From Phoronis australis (lineage: Eukaryota; Animalia; Phoronida): a stretch of 64,000 nt of DNA. The position numbers were made by a program, and so were the translations under genes. Positions 24,467 to 36,832 of the stretch are shown piece after piece. Every line of letters starts with the position of its first letter. The first letter of the stretch is position 1. The notes beneath the pieces are model-generated. The model was not told the DNA's origin and did not search any database. It saw only the letters and a list, made by a program, of their open reading frames with translations. The stretch is from NCBI GenBank assembly GCA_002633005.1, contig NMRA01000049.1, positions 590,881-654,880 of the forward strand, given 5' to 3'.

Positions 24467-25917
24467 TTGGGCAATGGTGTCGGGGGACGGAGTTGTTTCA
24501 ACAGGTGTTACGACATGTAGATGGTATCCAGAAATGATCTATCATATAACTCACAACATACAGCGCCATCTACTTGGCTACAACTTAATTGCTGTACCGA
24601 TGTATTTTAGGGAGAAATTTGCTGTCCCTATGAGGACAATGTCAATATGTGGTGTATTCCTTCTTTTGTGATGTGTTTGTGTGAGATTCTGATTAGCAGA
24701 TGCTTTGCACCGTAACCCAAGGTGTGTTCAGCTTCTTGTGAATTTGGTGAGATCACGCAAGTCTTTACGTGATATCATCAAGCATTACATGTAAAGTACG
24801 TAATCTCGCTAAGTTCCACCTACGAGAAAGAAGCGTTACTGAGCACACTCCTAATATCATTGAACACTAATTTGCTCTACTGATGGTTCAAAGTGGAAAA
24901 AGCCTATGGTGAAGGTGCTGAAATTGCGCACTTACGATAGAGTTTTACAATGATTTTAAAGTGTATCAGCTTCGTGTATGATTTTGAATGACCGAAGTAA
25001 AATTCTGGCATTCGCAATTCATTTTACCTTTGGTAATTGTCTGTGGTTTGTTGTCACTGTGTGGTGTAGTTTGTTTAATCGAGGAATTAATTAAATAATT
25101 TATAAATAATCTTCATGATTGTGTCAACAAACACGGCATCCAAATGTAGTTTCCTTGAGTAGGATGTCTCCTATTGTTGGCTTTGCTTGTTGAGCGTAGT
25201 TGTTAGAAGTGAAGCGTTGATACTGATCTTTTTTGAGGAGCCGTACTAGGATATGGAGTTGCGATTTTTATCCATTTATAATCTTCAGGTTGCTTTTAAA
25301 CTATTTTTTATTTTTAATTATTAGTAAGTCCAGAAAGCCGTAATAAATATTTCTTTTTGTGACAAATCACTCGATGTAATTAGCATGGTTAAATTAAGGT
25401 GAGAATCTTACTATGAATTATTTTTTATTGTTTTGAAGTACAAAAAGTCATAGCAATAGATTCTTTAACTCGCTATGCACTGAATGTATTTAGCTGGGTT
25501 AAATTAAGATGGAAACAAACAGTGTAGAAGTCTTGTCCTCGTTGTTTCTTAGTAAAACAATGGCTCCTCAGTTTGCCATTCTTTGACTGCGCCATGTAGA
25601 AATGCTTTAGATGCTTGCTGACTTAGTAGATTAGTAAGAGGTTTTCAAACTTGGTCCAGGTATTTAAAGGTTGACTGGGATTACTTGAATGTGCAGTATC
25701 TTGTTTCAAATGATATAAGTAGTGACTTGTGTATGTGGGTGTCTAAATCTGGATAGATTTTCTTTGGTAGTAAGTGCTGTAATGTTTAGTTATCTCAAAA
25801 TTCTAATCTGAAAGAATTCACCCTGTCGAAAAATTAGCCAGTTAATTTGTATTTTTTACAATTCGTATCTGCATGAATTTTTGTAGCATACATATGTCCG
25901 AAGTGTTTATTTGTATT

Positions 25918-26088
25918 TTATACAGGAAGCGAGTAGAATTTAAGTTTTTATCTAAAGTGCTCACCACTGGTTTCTTATACAGAAAGCGATTAGAATTTAA
26001 GTTTTTATCTAAAGTGCTCACCACTGGTTTCTTATACAGAAAGCGATTAGACTTAGTTCTTATCTAAAGTGCTCACCACTGGTTTCTT
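25918..26088. repeat. ~57-59 bp tandem repeat x3 downstream of gene 1
   Basis: ttatacagaaagcgattaga...tatctaaagtgctcaccactggtttc repeated. Confidence 0.9.
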
Positions 26089-27482
26089 GTCATTAAGCTA
26101 TTTGCTTCCTATTTTAGGAATCAGTAAAGTAGAACTCAACAAGAAACATTGCCTTATTTTTGTATCCATGTATAAAGGAATGCTGGGTAACACTCTTAAT
26201 ACTAATTCTAGTGAATTTGACTGGTTGTGGCATTCACCTATCTCGCTGATGGCCGTAGACTTCTCCTAACTGGCAGCGTCAAGATCTGGTGACATGAGCC
26301 AGGTTCTATAGGTAACCAACTTTCAATGACAGAACGGTGTCATCTTGTAATGACTAATTATTTATTTTTCTCAGGTAATTAGTGACGCTGCAGGTGGAAG
26401 TTATTATTGTTAAATGCCTTCTTCTTTTGACTTGCTTATGTCAAGAAAATTTTCTTCCAAATGCCCAATCCATTGACTGTGTAAAATGGGGATGCTAGGA
26501 GAACTTTATAGCTGTTTTGATTTTACCGGTAGTTGGCTTTTATTCATGTACCTATGTCTGGGTTATGAATTGTCCTAGAATCTGTGTGTGATTAGTATAT
26601 TTGAAATATAGCAGACATTCGCGGTTTTACGGGTTCTCAAATGTAGTGCGCAGAGAACACAAGTGGTTCCCCCTTTCATGCCTCGTGGTACTCTAGAGAC
26701 ACCTGGGCTGCTCAGTTCAAGTCATTTGAAGAGTCCATAAAATGCTCAAACGGGTCACGCAGTCTTGATCACTTTTGGATTACTGCCGTTAGTAACGCTA
26801 GTCTGTATTTTTGGTGAACTGTGTATCAAAAACTGTGTTCAGTTACTCAGGTGTCACTGGCCTGAACTTCTGTAAACATGAGTTAGAGGGTTGGGGACTC
26901 TGATAAATGACTTGATCGTATTTGTGGTAACCCTTTGAGCCCCGTTTACTAATTTGTAGTCATTTGCACTAATTCGGTATTGCCTGTGTTTTACTCGTAC
27001 ATTGGATGTATTCATTATACTGTCTGGTTGATTGATTGTAAGTTTTGTAATTTGAAAAATATACTTCGTACCTACTTGCGTGATTTCCTTGAATCCTGGT
27101 GTACCCGTAGTCTTTGGCCACTTCGTATTCCTGTAATTTTTAAACGATACGTTGTTTTGAACTATTTTTCTGTTAGCCATTGACTTTTCAGATACGGTAA
27201 GTCAAAGAACAGAAGACAAAACTGATTTGTTTTATTGCCGAATAGCCAACCGATTTCACTTTATTGTGCGTAACAAATTGCAACGTAGTTTGGTAGTACA
27301 ACAGTTCACACGCCAGCATATTAGAGAAACATGCCCTTCAGGCATCGTTTAAGAAAATTCGAGGACAGTTTTGTTTTACTGCTGTTTAGTTTTGACCTAG
27401 GCTGAAACACAAATGTTTTGAAACATGAAACAAAGGTGTGAATGCTTATTCCAAACTGATGTCCTTGTGATAACATTCAAAA

Positions 27483-27718
27483 TTAGACTCTAAACAGAAT
27501 ATTTCTATGAGCCCTGGCTTCATTTTTGCCGCGGATGAAGGTTTTGACAGCGTTCTTGAGAGCAACGTAACGTTTGAACACAATATAACGTTTCGACCTC
27601 TCATAGCTGAACTTCAATCTTCCTAACAGTTCTTTAACTTCTTGATTGTAACCATTGGTTTCTCTGATCTTCTCGTTCAGGTAGCGATTTTCATCTCCTA
27701 TTTCACTCAAACTCATGT
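27483..27718 (-). CDS. Terminal exon encoding a small helical protein/domain of unknown family (MSLSEIGDENRYL...LFRV*)
   Basis: Strong minus-strand acceptor (T-run + cag at 27721-27719), 77-aa ORF, AATAAA on the minus strand at 27236-27231; paralogous to 30761-31056. Confidence 0.6.
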
Positions 27719-27944
27719 CTGAAAAAAATGTAAATGAAGAAAACAGAATGCCGAGACCAGCTCACAAATGTGACTGAACTGACTTTTTAAAAGACAGACG
27801 AAAATTCATGGTTCCAATCCCTGTGCAGAGAATGATGGGAAGTTTTTTCTCTCATCAGCGTCACGCGACTCATCTGCTGCCACGGCAGACCAGTTCGCGA
27901 TTACCAAAACTCATTCACTTCAGCTCTTGTTAGAAACAACTTCG

Positions 27945-29143
27945 TTATTACTCTGCGCGTGCACGCGCAGAGTACTGTTGTTCCTGGGTTTTCTTCAATT
28001 TTCTTCTTATTCTTCTTCCGACCGACTTTGAGGCTTAAAAAATCCAAATTGGGTGCAACTACGTTCTTCAGATTTAAAATATAATTTTAGGCAGTATATA
28101 AATTTTGATTCATTATATATTCATATTCCATAATGCGCCGGAAGAGGTCATTTGGTGCAAAAGTCATGTAATTTTCAAAATGCTACTCCTTCTTTATTTT
28201 AAAAGCCATTCTTTTTAAATTCGGTACACAGGAATAAGTCAATAACGCAATTTAAAAAGTTACTTTTTTAAGTAATCGGGTCATTCAATCAGGCTAAATA
28301 GGTCAAAGGTCATTAGGTGCAAACTAAGATTTTGAGCTAGACACTTCAAATTCACAGTTCTGATTGGCACAGGTAATTTAATTCGGAATCCGAAGTTTCA
28401 GGTTACTTAGTGTACACATGGGGTCATTAGGTGCATTTTTCGTCTGAAGGTTTGACCTTTTCATTCACCAAGTATTCTGATTTGTCAACTGTAAGACAAC
28501 TGTGATTCTCAGCATTAAACACATTTTTCATGGGCTTTGCAATAATTCTCCTAAAGACGCTTATAATGCACCGGATAGGGTCAATTAGTGCAAAGGTCAT
28601 CTAACGTTCAAAATGTTATATCTTACGTTTTTCAAGGAATTCTTTTCAATTTCAGCACACTGGTGTAAGTCAACATGCCAATTGAACACCCTACTTTACT
28701 ACGCAATAGGCGTAACCAATAAGAAAAAAATAGGTCAAAGGCCATTGAAAGCAAACTAAAAATTTGAGCTAGAGACTTCAATATTACATACCGGTATCTG
28801 TTTCCTAAATGAGATTGAGCTTGAATTCTAAATTTTCAGGTCATTTGGTACACCCATGGTGTCATTAGGTGTATTTTTCTTCTGAAAGTTTGACCAATTC
28901 ATTCATCTTGTATTCTGAAGTGCTTCACGTAAAACATCTGTGATTGTTAGCATTAACCACACTTTAAATCGAGTTTACAATTATTCCCTGATCGGGGTTC
29001 ATAATGCACCGGAAGAGGTCAATTAGTGGAAAGGTCATCAAAATATTAACATGTAATTTCTCCTACAATTTTAAAAAATTCCTGGTTGCTGTCAGTAACT
29101 TCCCAAAACAATTCCAGTAATGCGCACGCGCAGAGTTCTAGTT
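27945..29143 (+). mobile_element. Helentron/HINE (DINE-1)-like non-autonomous element with internal ~435-bp tandem repeats
   Basis: 5' ttattactctgcgcgtgcacgcgcagagta palindrome, (ttc)n tract, 3' gcgcacgcgcagagttctagtt; internal units start at 28129, 28562 and 29000. Confidence 0.65.
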
Positions 29144-29329
29144 TGGAAAATCTTGTTTTAAGCCGAGATGCTCGTTCTCATGCATCAGTATATTATTAAA
29201 ATCGCTCTTAAAGAGAGGTCCAAGGATAAGCATATTTAAATTGATTTGAGAAATCACATAAATCGTAGCCAAACCTCAGACAAACGCGGCAGCTCACCAG
29301 TCACTGACACTTGTTGCCTTCTGCTCCCC

Positions 29330-29553
29330 CAGTGGCGGATTTAGGGGGGGCAAGGGGCCCATGACCCCCTACCAGATACCATTTGGGAGTTCGGGTGCGA
29401 ATTGCTGACTAGCACACGCGCGCAACCAGGGGTTGAATAAACAATGCAAACAATGCATAGGCTCTGGACAAACCCTGTTTACCGTTTTTTAGTCAAATTC
29501 TGGTTATTTCTGTGCCCTGGCCCCACTAACTCAAAATCCTGGATCCGCCCCTG
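29330..29553. mobile_element. GC-rich-end MITE family member (also 48818-48985, 57636-57888; partial at ~37975-38007 and ~46032-46055)
   Basis: Termini cagtggcggatttagggggg / cctggatccgcccctg shared among the copies. Confidence 0.75.
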
Positions 29554-29632
29554 TCAACCCCCTCCCGCCCCAATAAACAAGCACCAGTGGCCTGTTTCTT
29601 GAAGAGACCATTGAGATTTATCTTCACCTTAA

Positions 29633-30451
29633 AGTGTACGCAACATGACTCTAGTACCTCAAAATAAATTTTATTATTATATCTTACTTGATTTCAGTGC
29701 CTTTAGTGCACAGCTCATAAAGAAACACGTAAAAATTGAAAAAAAATAATAATTATGTACAACGTCATGGGTTGAACCCNCGAAATGGGGTTGCACAAAA
29801 GCGAGAACGAGTTTGATATGTTTTCAGCTGCGTACTTTTATACTTTGAGGCCTTACGAACTGGATCCTCCCGCTAGAGAAGCGGCCTCGGGCTCGGCCAG
29901 TCAACCCAGTCATCCAACAGACGATCCTGAATAAAGAGCCGATGTTTCTGAGTAGTAAATATTGTCCTTTATTGAACCAGGCCTTCATCGTAACATTACA
30001 TCTCCTCGGATTGGAGTCGAAACACGACTCCTCAAAGTGGGCAGAACACAGAGTGGCTCCGGACAGAATCGCTTGGTCCACGCTGAGGTCCCACACTCTC
30101 GTTCGGCGCACGAAGCGATGCCACTACTGCGCAACTTTGGCGTCCTTCGGAACACCGAGACGTTCTCCGTCTGACTGCTGTTGCTGCAGCCTCCGCAAAC
30201 CCATCTTTTCATCCCTCTACGAACCTTCTCGACGCTAAATATACTTTACTTTCACTTCACTCTATGCACTTAGTTGCTGATCCGAACAGTGTGCAGAACG
30301 ACTTGGGTTCAACCCATGACGTTGTACATAATTATTATTTTTTTTCAATTTTTACGTGTTTCTTTATGAGCTGTGCACTAAAGGCACTGAAATCAAGTAA
30401 GATATAATAATAAAATTTATTTTGAGGCACTAGAGTCATGTTGCGTACACT
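29633..30451 (-). mobile_element. Kolobok-like DNA transposon relic: 147-bp TIRs, TTAA TSD, frameshifted THAP domain
   Basis: TIRs at 29633-29779 and 30305-30451, TTAA on both sides, AG..CT termini; the minus strand encodes WVCGGCSN..VSVFR then FVRRTR..LCSAHFEESCF. Confidence 0.8.
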
Positions 30452-30760
30452 TTAAAGTCATAATCTGACTGCGAATAGCCAAAAGTTGACTTTTGCCTTT
30501 TGGGTTTCTCGAAACGTTTTATCGTCTGTCTAGTAGAGACGTTCTAATTTGTATCTGCACAGAGGCATCTGTAAGCACGCGCTTGACACTAAGGGTAGCA
30601 AAAACGACTATATACTGTCATGGGAAACAGGAAATAATTATGTTTGTTAGAAAAATTGCAGTACACGAAAAACGAACTGAAAAATGAATCATGAAAAACG
30701 ATCATTTTTAGTGAGGACAGCAGTGCGTTTCGCGGAAGAGGAAAATAAGTAGAATTGGTA

Positions 30761-31056
30761 TTACAACAAACCTGCGAATCTATCCGTTTTACTTCCAATG
30801 CTCTGAGTAGATGCGAACCTCAGCGCAGGGCTTGCTTCCTTAGCAACTTCCAACTGAAGTAATGCTTTCTTAACCATCCACTTCAATTTGCCGTGGCGAT
30901 GAATCATGTGATAAGACTTCGAGTTGTCGTATTCGGTCATCATTTGCTCTATTGTAGATTGAAAATTCTTTTTTATCAGAAGCACGTGATCGTATTTGTT
31001 CGAGAGCCTTCCGTTTTCCTTGACAAGATCCAGTTTAGACTTGGACGTAGGTTCAG
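30761..31056 (-). CDS. Terminal exon encoding a paralogous unknown helical domain (EPTSKSKLDLVKEN...FAGLL*)
   Basis: Minus-strand tttcag acceptor ending at 31057, phase 1; ungapped similarity to 27483-27718 (EN..L..K; Y..SK.Y....R...LK..VK). Confidence 0.55.
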
Positions 31057-32407
31057 CTGAAATAGGCCGTTGGATAAACAGTTGTCATTCCTACTGTAAG
31101 GGACATTGTCTGGCGTCGATAACGATCCATGATATAAGAATTCCTTGCCCGTCAGAAAAGCCGGGAAGCCTGGAGTCCCTGACCTAGGAATTGAAATATT
31201 TTTTCTTCCAGAAATTTAAACCTTTAATGCGGCTATAAGCCCGCTCTCCATCACAAAAACAAATTTTTGTTTAGACCACTTACCATTATAAAATCTCCAA
31301 AACTTCCTTCTTTATGCCCTAGGCGACCACTTACAAAAACTGCAACTGGAATTCCCAAAGTCAAAGCGTTAGTAGCGCTTGTCGATTTTGTAAACTGTGC
31401 ATTGGGCTTAATTGTCAAACTTGGTTCAAGCTTTTTGGGGTTGTCGAGGCCCTCAGCGTATTGTTTGTTTTCAAAGAGTAAACCAAAGTGATGTAGGAGC
31501 AGTTAATTTCAGTTGCTTTTAACGGACTTCAGGCGTACAGTCGCAACGTATGGAATCGCAGTTCAAACGTTCGAGACAAAAATGATGACTTTACCTTCTG
31601 GCGGTTTATTTGGTTCTTGTGCGACTTCCTCTCTTGACATCCATTCTTTTAAACTGTGCGCTCGCATCAGTTTTTTAGTCCGACTTTCTGAAACATATGA
31701 GCGCTCTCTGACAAATAGCCTTACACTAGATTAACGACTGGTCATTGGACTAGAATTATGATGTACAAAGGCGTCTGCTGAATAACAGTCTCCGACTTCA
31801 GGGACATGCCCATGAAAGACGCAGCCTCTGACAGTACTGACCACTGTTGTATTCTTTTTCCACAGGCAAGAGGCAATGAATCCTATGAATTTTCGTGAAT
31901 TGGAAATTTCACCTGTTATGGTTGAATTTTAAATGTTTCGATAAGTTCTGAATCGTATTCGATTGTGTAATGTGTATTGTTACTTCATTCCAGGTTCCAG
32001 TGAATTCAAAACTTGGAGTTATGTTCTGGGACACCATTTTCATGGTTTTGTATTCTTCAAACCTGCAACTTGAAACTTCGAATCTTAAACCTCGAAGCTG
32101 GTCCCGGGTTCAAGTGATTTCAATATTTCTCAAGGTCTCCCGTTTAACAATTTTCAGACAACCCTTCATCTTTGAAAATTTCATTACTAACTGTGTTTTA
32201 CCACTTGTCCATCCATTTTTCTAATTTGTCAATACTTGCGACATAGCTCCAAAAGCAATCCTTGGGATCGAGACCTGTTAGGGTTCACCAGTACCCAGAT
32301 TCAAGATAATTGTTCTAGAAGAATATTCTCTTTACTAACAAACGTTGCTTGTGTCGACTTCGCTGTGAATTGTCCAGAGTACTAAACGCAAATATCTCTT
32401 TTCTACG

Positions 32408-32802
32408 GTGGCCCGAAAGTATCATCGCTATTTTAGTTTATTAATTATTTTATTTTTCCTTTTCCACCTAGGTTGAAATAATTTCCACCCGGGTGAAAAT
32501 AATTTCCACCTAGGTTGAAATAGTTTCCACCCGGGTGAAAATAATTTCCACCCAGGTTGAAATAGTTTCCACCCGGGTGAAAATAATTTCCACCTAGGTT
32601 GAAATAATTTCCACCTAGGTTGAAATAATTTCCACCTAGGTTGAAATAATTTCCACCCGGGGGAAACAATTTCCACCTAGGTTGAAATAATTTCCACCCG
32701 GGTGAAAATAGTTTCCACCTAGGTTGAATTATTTCCACCTAGGTGGAAAATGAAAAATGAAAAAATATTTAAACAAAAGTAGCGATGATACTTTCGGGCC
32801 AC
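32408..32802. mobile_element. MITE with 23-bp TIRs enclosing a 21-bp minisatellite
   Basis: gtggcccgaaagtatcatcgcta / tagcgatgatactttcgggccac; internal tttccacctaggttgaaataa units. Confidence 0.85.
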
Positions 32803-33759
32803 ATTCACCCATACGAACACGGTGTAAATGTAAATTTACATTTACACCCGGGTGTAGATTTATGTATGGTGTATATTTACGCACGGGTGTAAAGTGCTGC
32901 ATATAAAGGGGGCTAAGAATTCGAATGAACTGAAACTTGGAACCTAGAACTATGTCCGAGGTTCTAGGTTCCTAGGTTAAGAAAAATGAACCGCAGAAAT
33001 AACAATAACAACATGGTTCCAGGCGCTGAAGCCGCAGGTATCTGGCGGTGGACATGACTGTTCATCCATGAACAACCCTGCCCATGTGGCACATACTGAG
33101 CCACAACACCACGTTCCTTACAATATCTCTTTTTATCATTCCGGTTGGTCTGCTTACTCAGTTTGTCCGGAACCGGCTTTGCAGGTTGTTATAGCCCAGT
33201 TGGCTGTTTGGTGTACCCACTTGGTACTTTATATGATATTTGCCTATTTGGCAGTTTGTACCCACTTGGTACTTGTTATTGAATTTGCCGTTTTGCTCAA
33301 CCCAGTTGGTAGGCTGATTTTGATTCTCGCAATACGCCAGCCGTCTGGAATTGGTGGCAAAAATTTAAACAGCAAAGAATTGTGGACTAGATCACGAACT
33401 TAGCTTGTTTTTATTTGTAACTGATCATTATTATCATGCCTTTGGGTGTATTTTTTAACTTATACGGCAGTTCGTGAACCATCTATTTCGGAACTGATCC
33501 TTGTCTCCCGTGTAAGTACACTTAATACAGCGTCACAAATATTCAATGAGTCTTCGAGAATCTGAAAGTTTATCAATTCATGACAATTCCTGGATTTTGT
33601 GGTCGTACAGGACGCAGGCCATAAGGTTACATACAGTAACACGGTTAGCAGAAAGTCCCTGGCTCGAGCCCCGGACGAGACAAAGAACTTTTCGGACTTA
33701 ACTATAGGTCACGTGATGTGACCAATATATGGAGTACTTCAAGAAGACTTATAATTTGT

Positions 33760-34645
33760 ACTTTTATCCCATACGCGTTGAATCTGTTGAGGGAAATACG
33801 GCCATGTAATAAAGTTTTCCGTATTCACCTCCCGCACTACTTCAACAGTGACCCTGACATTGAAAGTTCAAAAGGTAGGTCAATGTCGACTCGACGTCTT
33901 CAGCCGGTTCGATCATCAAACTTTCCGAATATAGTTTAAAGTAATACAGTTGCAGCAGTATAAATAACACTCGACATGCAACCAGGCCCTAAACGTAAAA
34001 TCTGAAACAAAACTGTTAATTATATGACACTTATGTCTCAAATTTCAATTACTGAATACTATATCGTCTGCAACACAGACGCCGATTCCTAGGAAACTAC
34101 AATATCAAATATTGTTGTTTTTTAACTGTTTCCAGGAGATGTTACAAGTTCACTGCCCAGTTGCCGTTGTTTTCATCTTTGTTACCTCTTTTCAAGAAAT
34201 AAATCGTTAATTTTAAAACCATTTTTTATAAGAGAAAACTTGCAACCTAACGCGCAAGTACATACATACATGTATAGGATGTGATCCGCCATGTGAAGAG
34301 TCTGGCTGAAGCATTTAAAAAATCTGCCGAAAAAATGTAAGAAACTTAGAAATTCGAAGCGTATGGAATGAATACACAAAAGGTACCTCGACTGGCGTGC
34401 ATGAAGTAATATCGCACTCGTGCGATATTACTTCATGTACGCCACTCTCGGTACGTTTCGTGTATTTATCCCATACGCGTTGAATCTGTCGAGGGAAATA
34501 CGGCCATGAAATAATGTTTTCTGTATTCACCTCCCGCACTACTTCAACAGTGACCTCTGACATTGAAGGTTCAAAAGGTAGGACAATGTCGACTCGACGT
34601 CGTATAGCCGGTTAGATCATCAAACTTTCGAAAAATAGCTTAAAG
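33760..34645. repeat. Dispersed ~700-bp repeat with a palindromic end (other copies 47320-48050, 59873-60502 inverted, end only 39085-39250)
   Basis: Shared tttatcccatacgcgttgaatctg...attcacctcccgcactacttcaacagtgacc and tggcgtacatgaagtaatat/atattacttcatgtacgcca. Confidence 0.85.
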
Positions 34646-34649
34646 TATA

Positions 34650-35755
34650 CTCGGGAACCCAATGGTCGTCCGCCTAAGCATAAAAAACAACTCAGGGATT
34701 GTTTATGCAATGCATCTATTTGTCCCAGGCACTAACCGACACCCGTTAGGCCAAAGGAAAAACGCAGCAAACAAATGGAACACACTGGGTGCTTAACAGT
34801 TTCGGCCCAACGCCTTGGTCATCAAAATATTGTCCACTTGTTTTTTATTGCAAAACAAAGTACCGAGCTCAACATTTATGTTGAGAATTTAGGTTAAAGC
34901 ATTTTGAATTTATTTGAAGAAAATTAAAATACTTGAATTGATAGAGAATGGCCACCAATAAAGTAAAACATTGACTTTATTTCACTATATTGCATTGTTA
35001 CATGCAACACAGACATAATCAAAAATAAAAGAAGAGATTGAGCAATAAAATTCAAATGCAACTTGTGTATTTATTTATTTATTTATGATTGCAGAAGCCT
35101 GTTAAAGATGAGATAAAATCAAACAATACGATTATGGGTAATTTATTAGAACAATTGCATCGAGGTTCAATGATCAACTTGCGCCAACAAAGTCTCAAAG
35201 GGTTACAGTTCTCTTTTGGCTGACAAGGTGTTAACAGAGAATGAAGAAAAACTGAAAAGAAAAAGAAAGACAGAAGAGATAAGTTGTGTTAAGAACAACA
35301 AGAGCACAAAATCAAATAAAGAGGAAACAAATAGAAAATAAGTAAGGTCTATCTGGAATAAAACAATTGCGATTTATTTTCCAGAACTGAAATTCTAAAT
35401 CAATCGTCTAAATCAATTTTAATCGATTTAAAAATCGATATCATACTAGAAAAACAGTTGTGGTTGAAGTAGAATTGCTGTAAACCCCTTTGCACTTTTT
35501 TGGCCTTTTTCTGTGTGGTTTTCTGTTCTTTCAAAAGGCGGCGGCATACGGCGACCATAGGAGTCATGATTATAAAGCAATGCACATTTGAACAACTCGG
35601 CATAAGTAAAAGAAAACGTTTGAATCAACGAATAGTATATATTTGTGAGAGTTAAATCAAATCCTATTCAGAGCATAACTTTAAAGTGGAATAATTGGGT
35701 GAGTACTACAACAAGCCGGTTTTATGCTTAGGCGGACGACCATTGGGTTCCCAAG
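34650..35755. mobile_element. Non-autonomous TIR element with TA flanks, inserted into the preceding repeat
   Basis: ctcgggaacccaatggtcgtccgcctaagcataaaa / ttttatgcttaggcggacgaccattgggttcccaag. Confidence 0.8.
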
Positions 35756-35763
35756 TATATAAT

Positions 35764-36832
35764 ACTACATGGTATGACACTCCCGACTAGAAATTCCACG
35801 GGTGCTTCACTTCAGCCGTCCACAGTGTTACTGCAGACTGCCATGTTATGTTATTCTGATTTAGGCGTACGAATACGCTTGTTTCCCGCCATGTAAGAAG
35901 ACTTGCTACTGCGTAGTTCTTGTTCCAGATGTCGCTCTCTCTGACTATTTATTCTCGTACCGCCCTTTTTGAACGCCATTCCACAAACGTTTTTATGGTG
36001 GATAAACGTCAATGTACATAATTATTTTCTTCGGATTTTGGTTGGACTTGGGGCGATATTGGCGTAATGAGTACTCATGTTTCTTACAATCCAGTTTATT
36101 TGCTTTCATTAGTATATTAGTTTTCCATGATCTCTCAGGTGTACTTAATGTTTTGAACGCTTGCTATTAATGTATACCCTTTGCCAGTTATCATTTTTCT
36201 TGGGCGTTGTCCTCCTAATTGTTACTATATATAAATGGTAGAGCGCTATGCAACGTGTAAACTTGAACATAGTTTTTTTTTGTTATTTCAGTTTACCTAC
36301 TACTACTACTCTACTATCATGCCTTCTACTACCGCTACATACTCTGTCAATAAAGAGTAAAGCCCCCTGAGCCTGTTTGTTTTGCTCCAACACATAGCAA
36401 ACGCAAATCTCAATAAAGTTACACAAAACAGAGGTTCAACAAACCATAAGGAATAGTTCTTTTCTCCCAATACCATTTACGGTGTCCTGCTTCACCCAGT
36501 TCGCACGGAAAGTTACGAAATCGTGACAATCGGCAATTGCCGTTCATCCGTAACTCATCGGATAATTCCGCAGTAATCGTCCTTGACCTTCGATTTACAA
36601 AGGAGTTCCTCCGGACGTATTTTTTGGCAAGATTTTTGTGCTTTGACCTCGAACTTCTTGCGAACTGGGTGAAGCAGGTCAGGACATCGTAAATGGCATT
36701 GGGAGAAAGAACAATTCCTCATGGTTTGTTGAACCTCTGTTTTGTGTAAATTTATTGAGTTTTGTGTTTGCTGTGGACGGCTGAAGTGAATCACCCGTGG
36801 AATTTCTAGTCGGGAGTGTCATACCTTGTAGT
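35764..36832. mobile_element. Non-autonomous TIR element (~60-bp TIRs, internal inverted repeat)
   Basis: actacatggtatgacactcccgactagaaattccacgggtg...gtccacag is inverted at 36771-36832; 36390-36505 is inverted at 36660-36770. Confidence 0.8.

Noticed and set aside
32428-32738. WKLFQPR / GGNYFNL repeat proteins
   Set aside because: A 21-bp minisatellite inside a TIR element.
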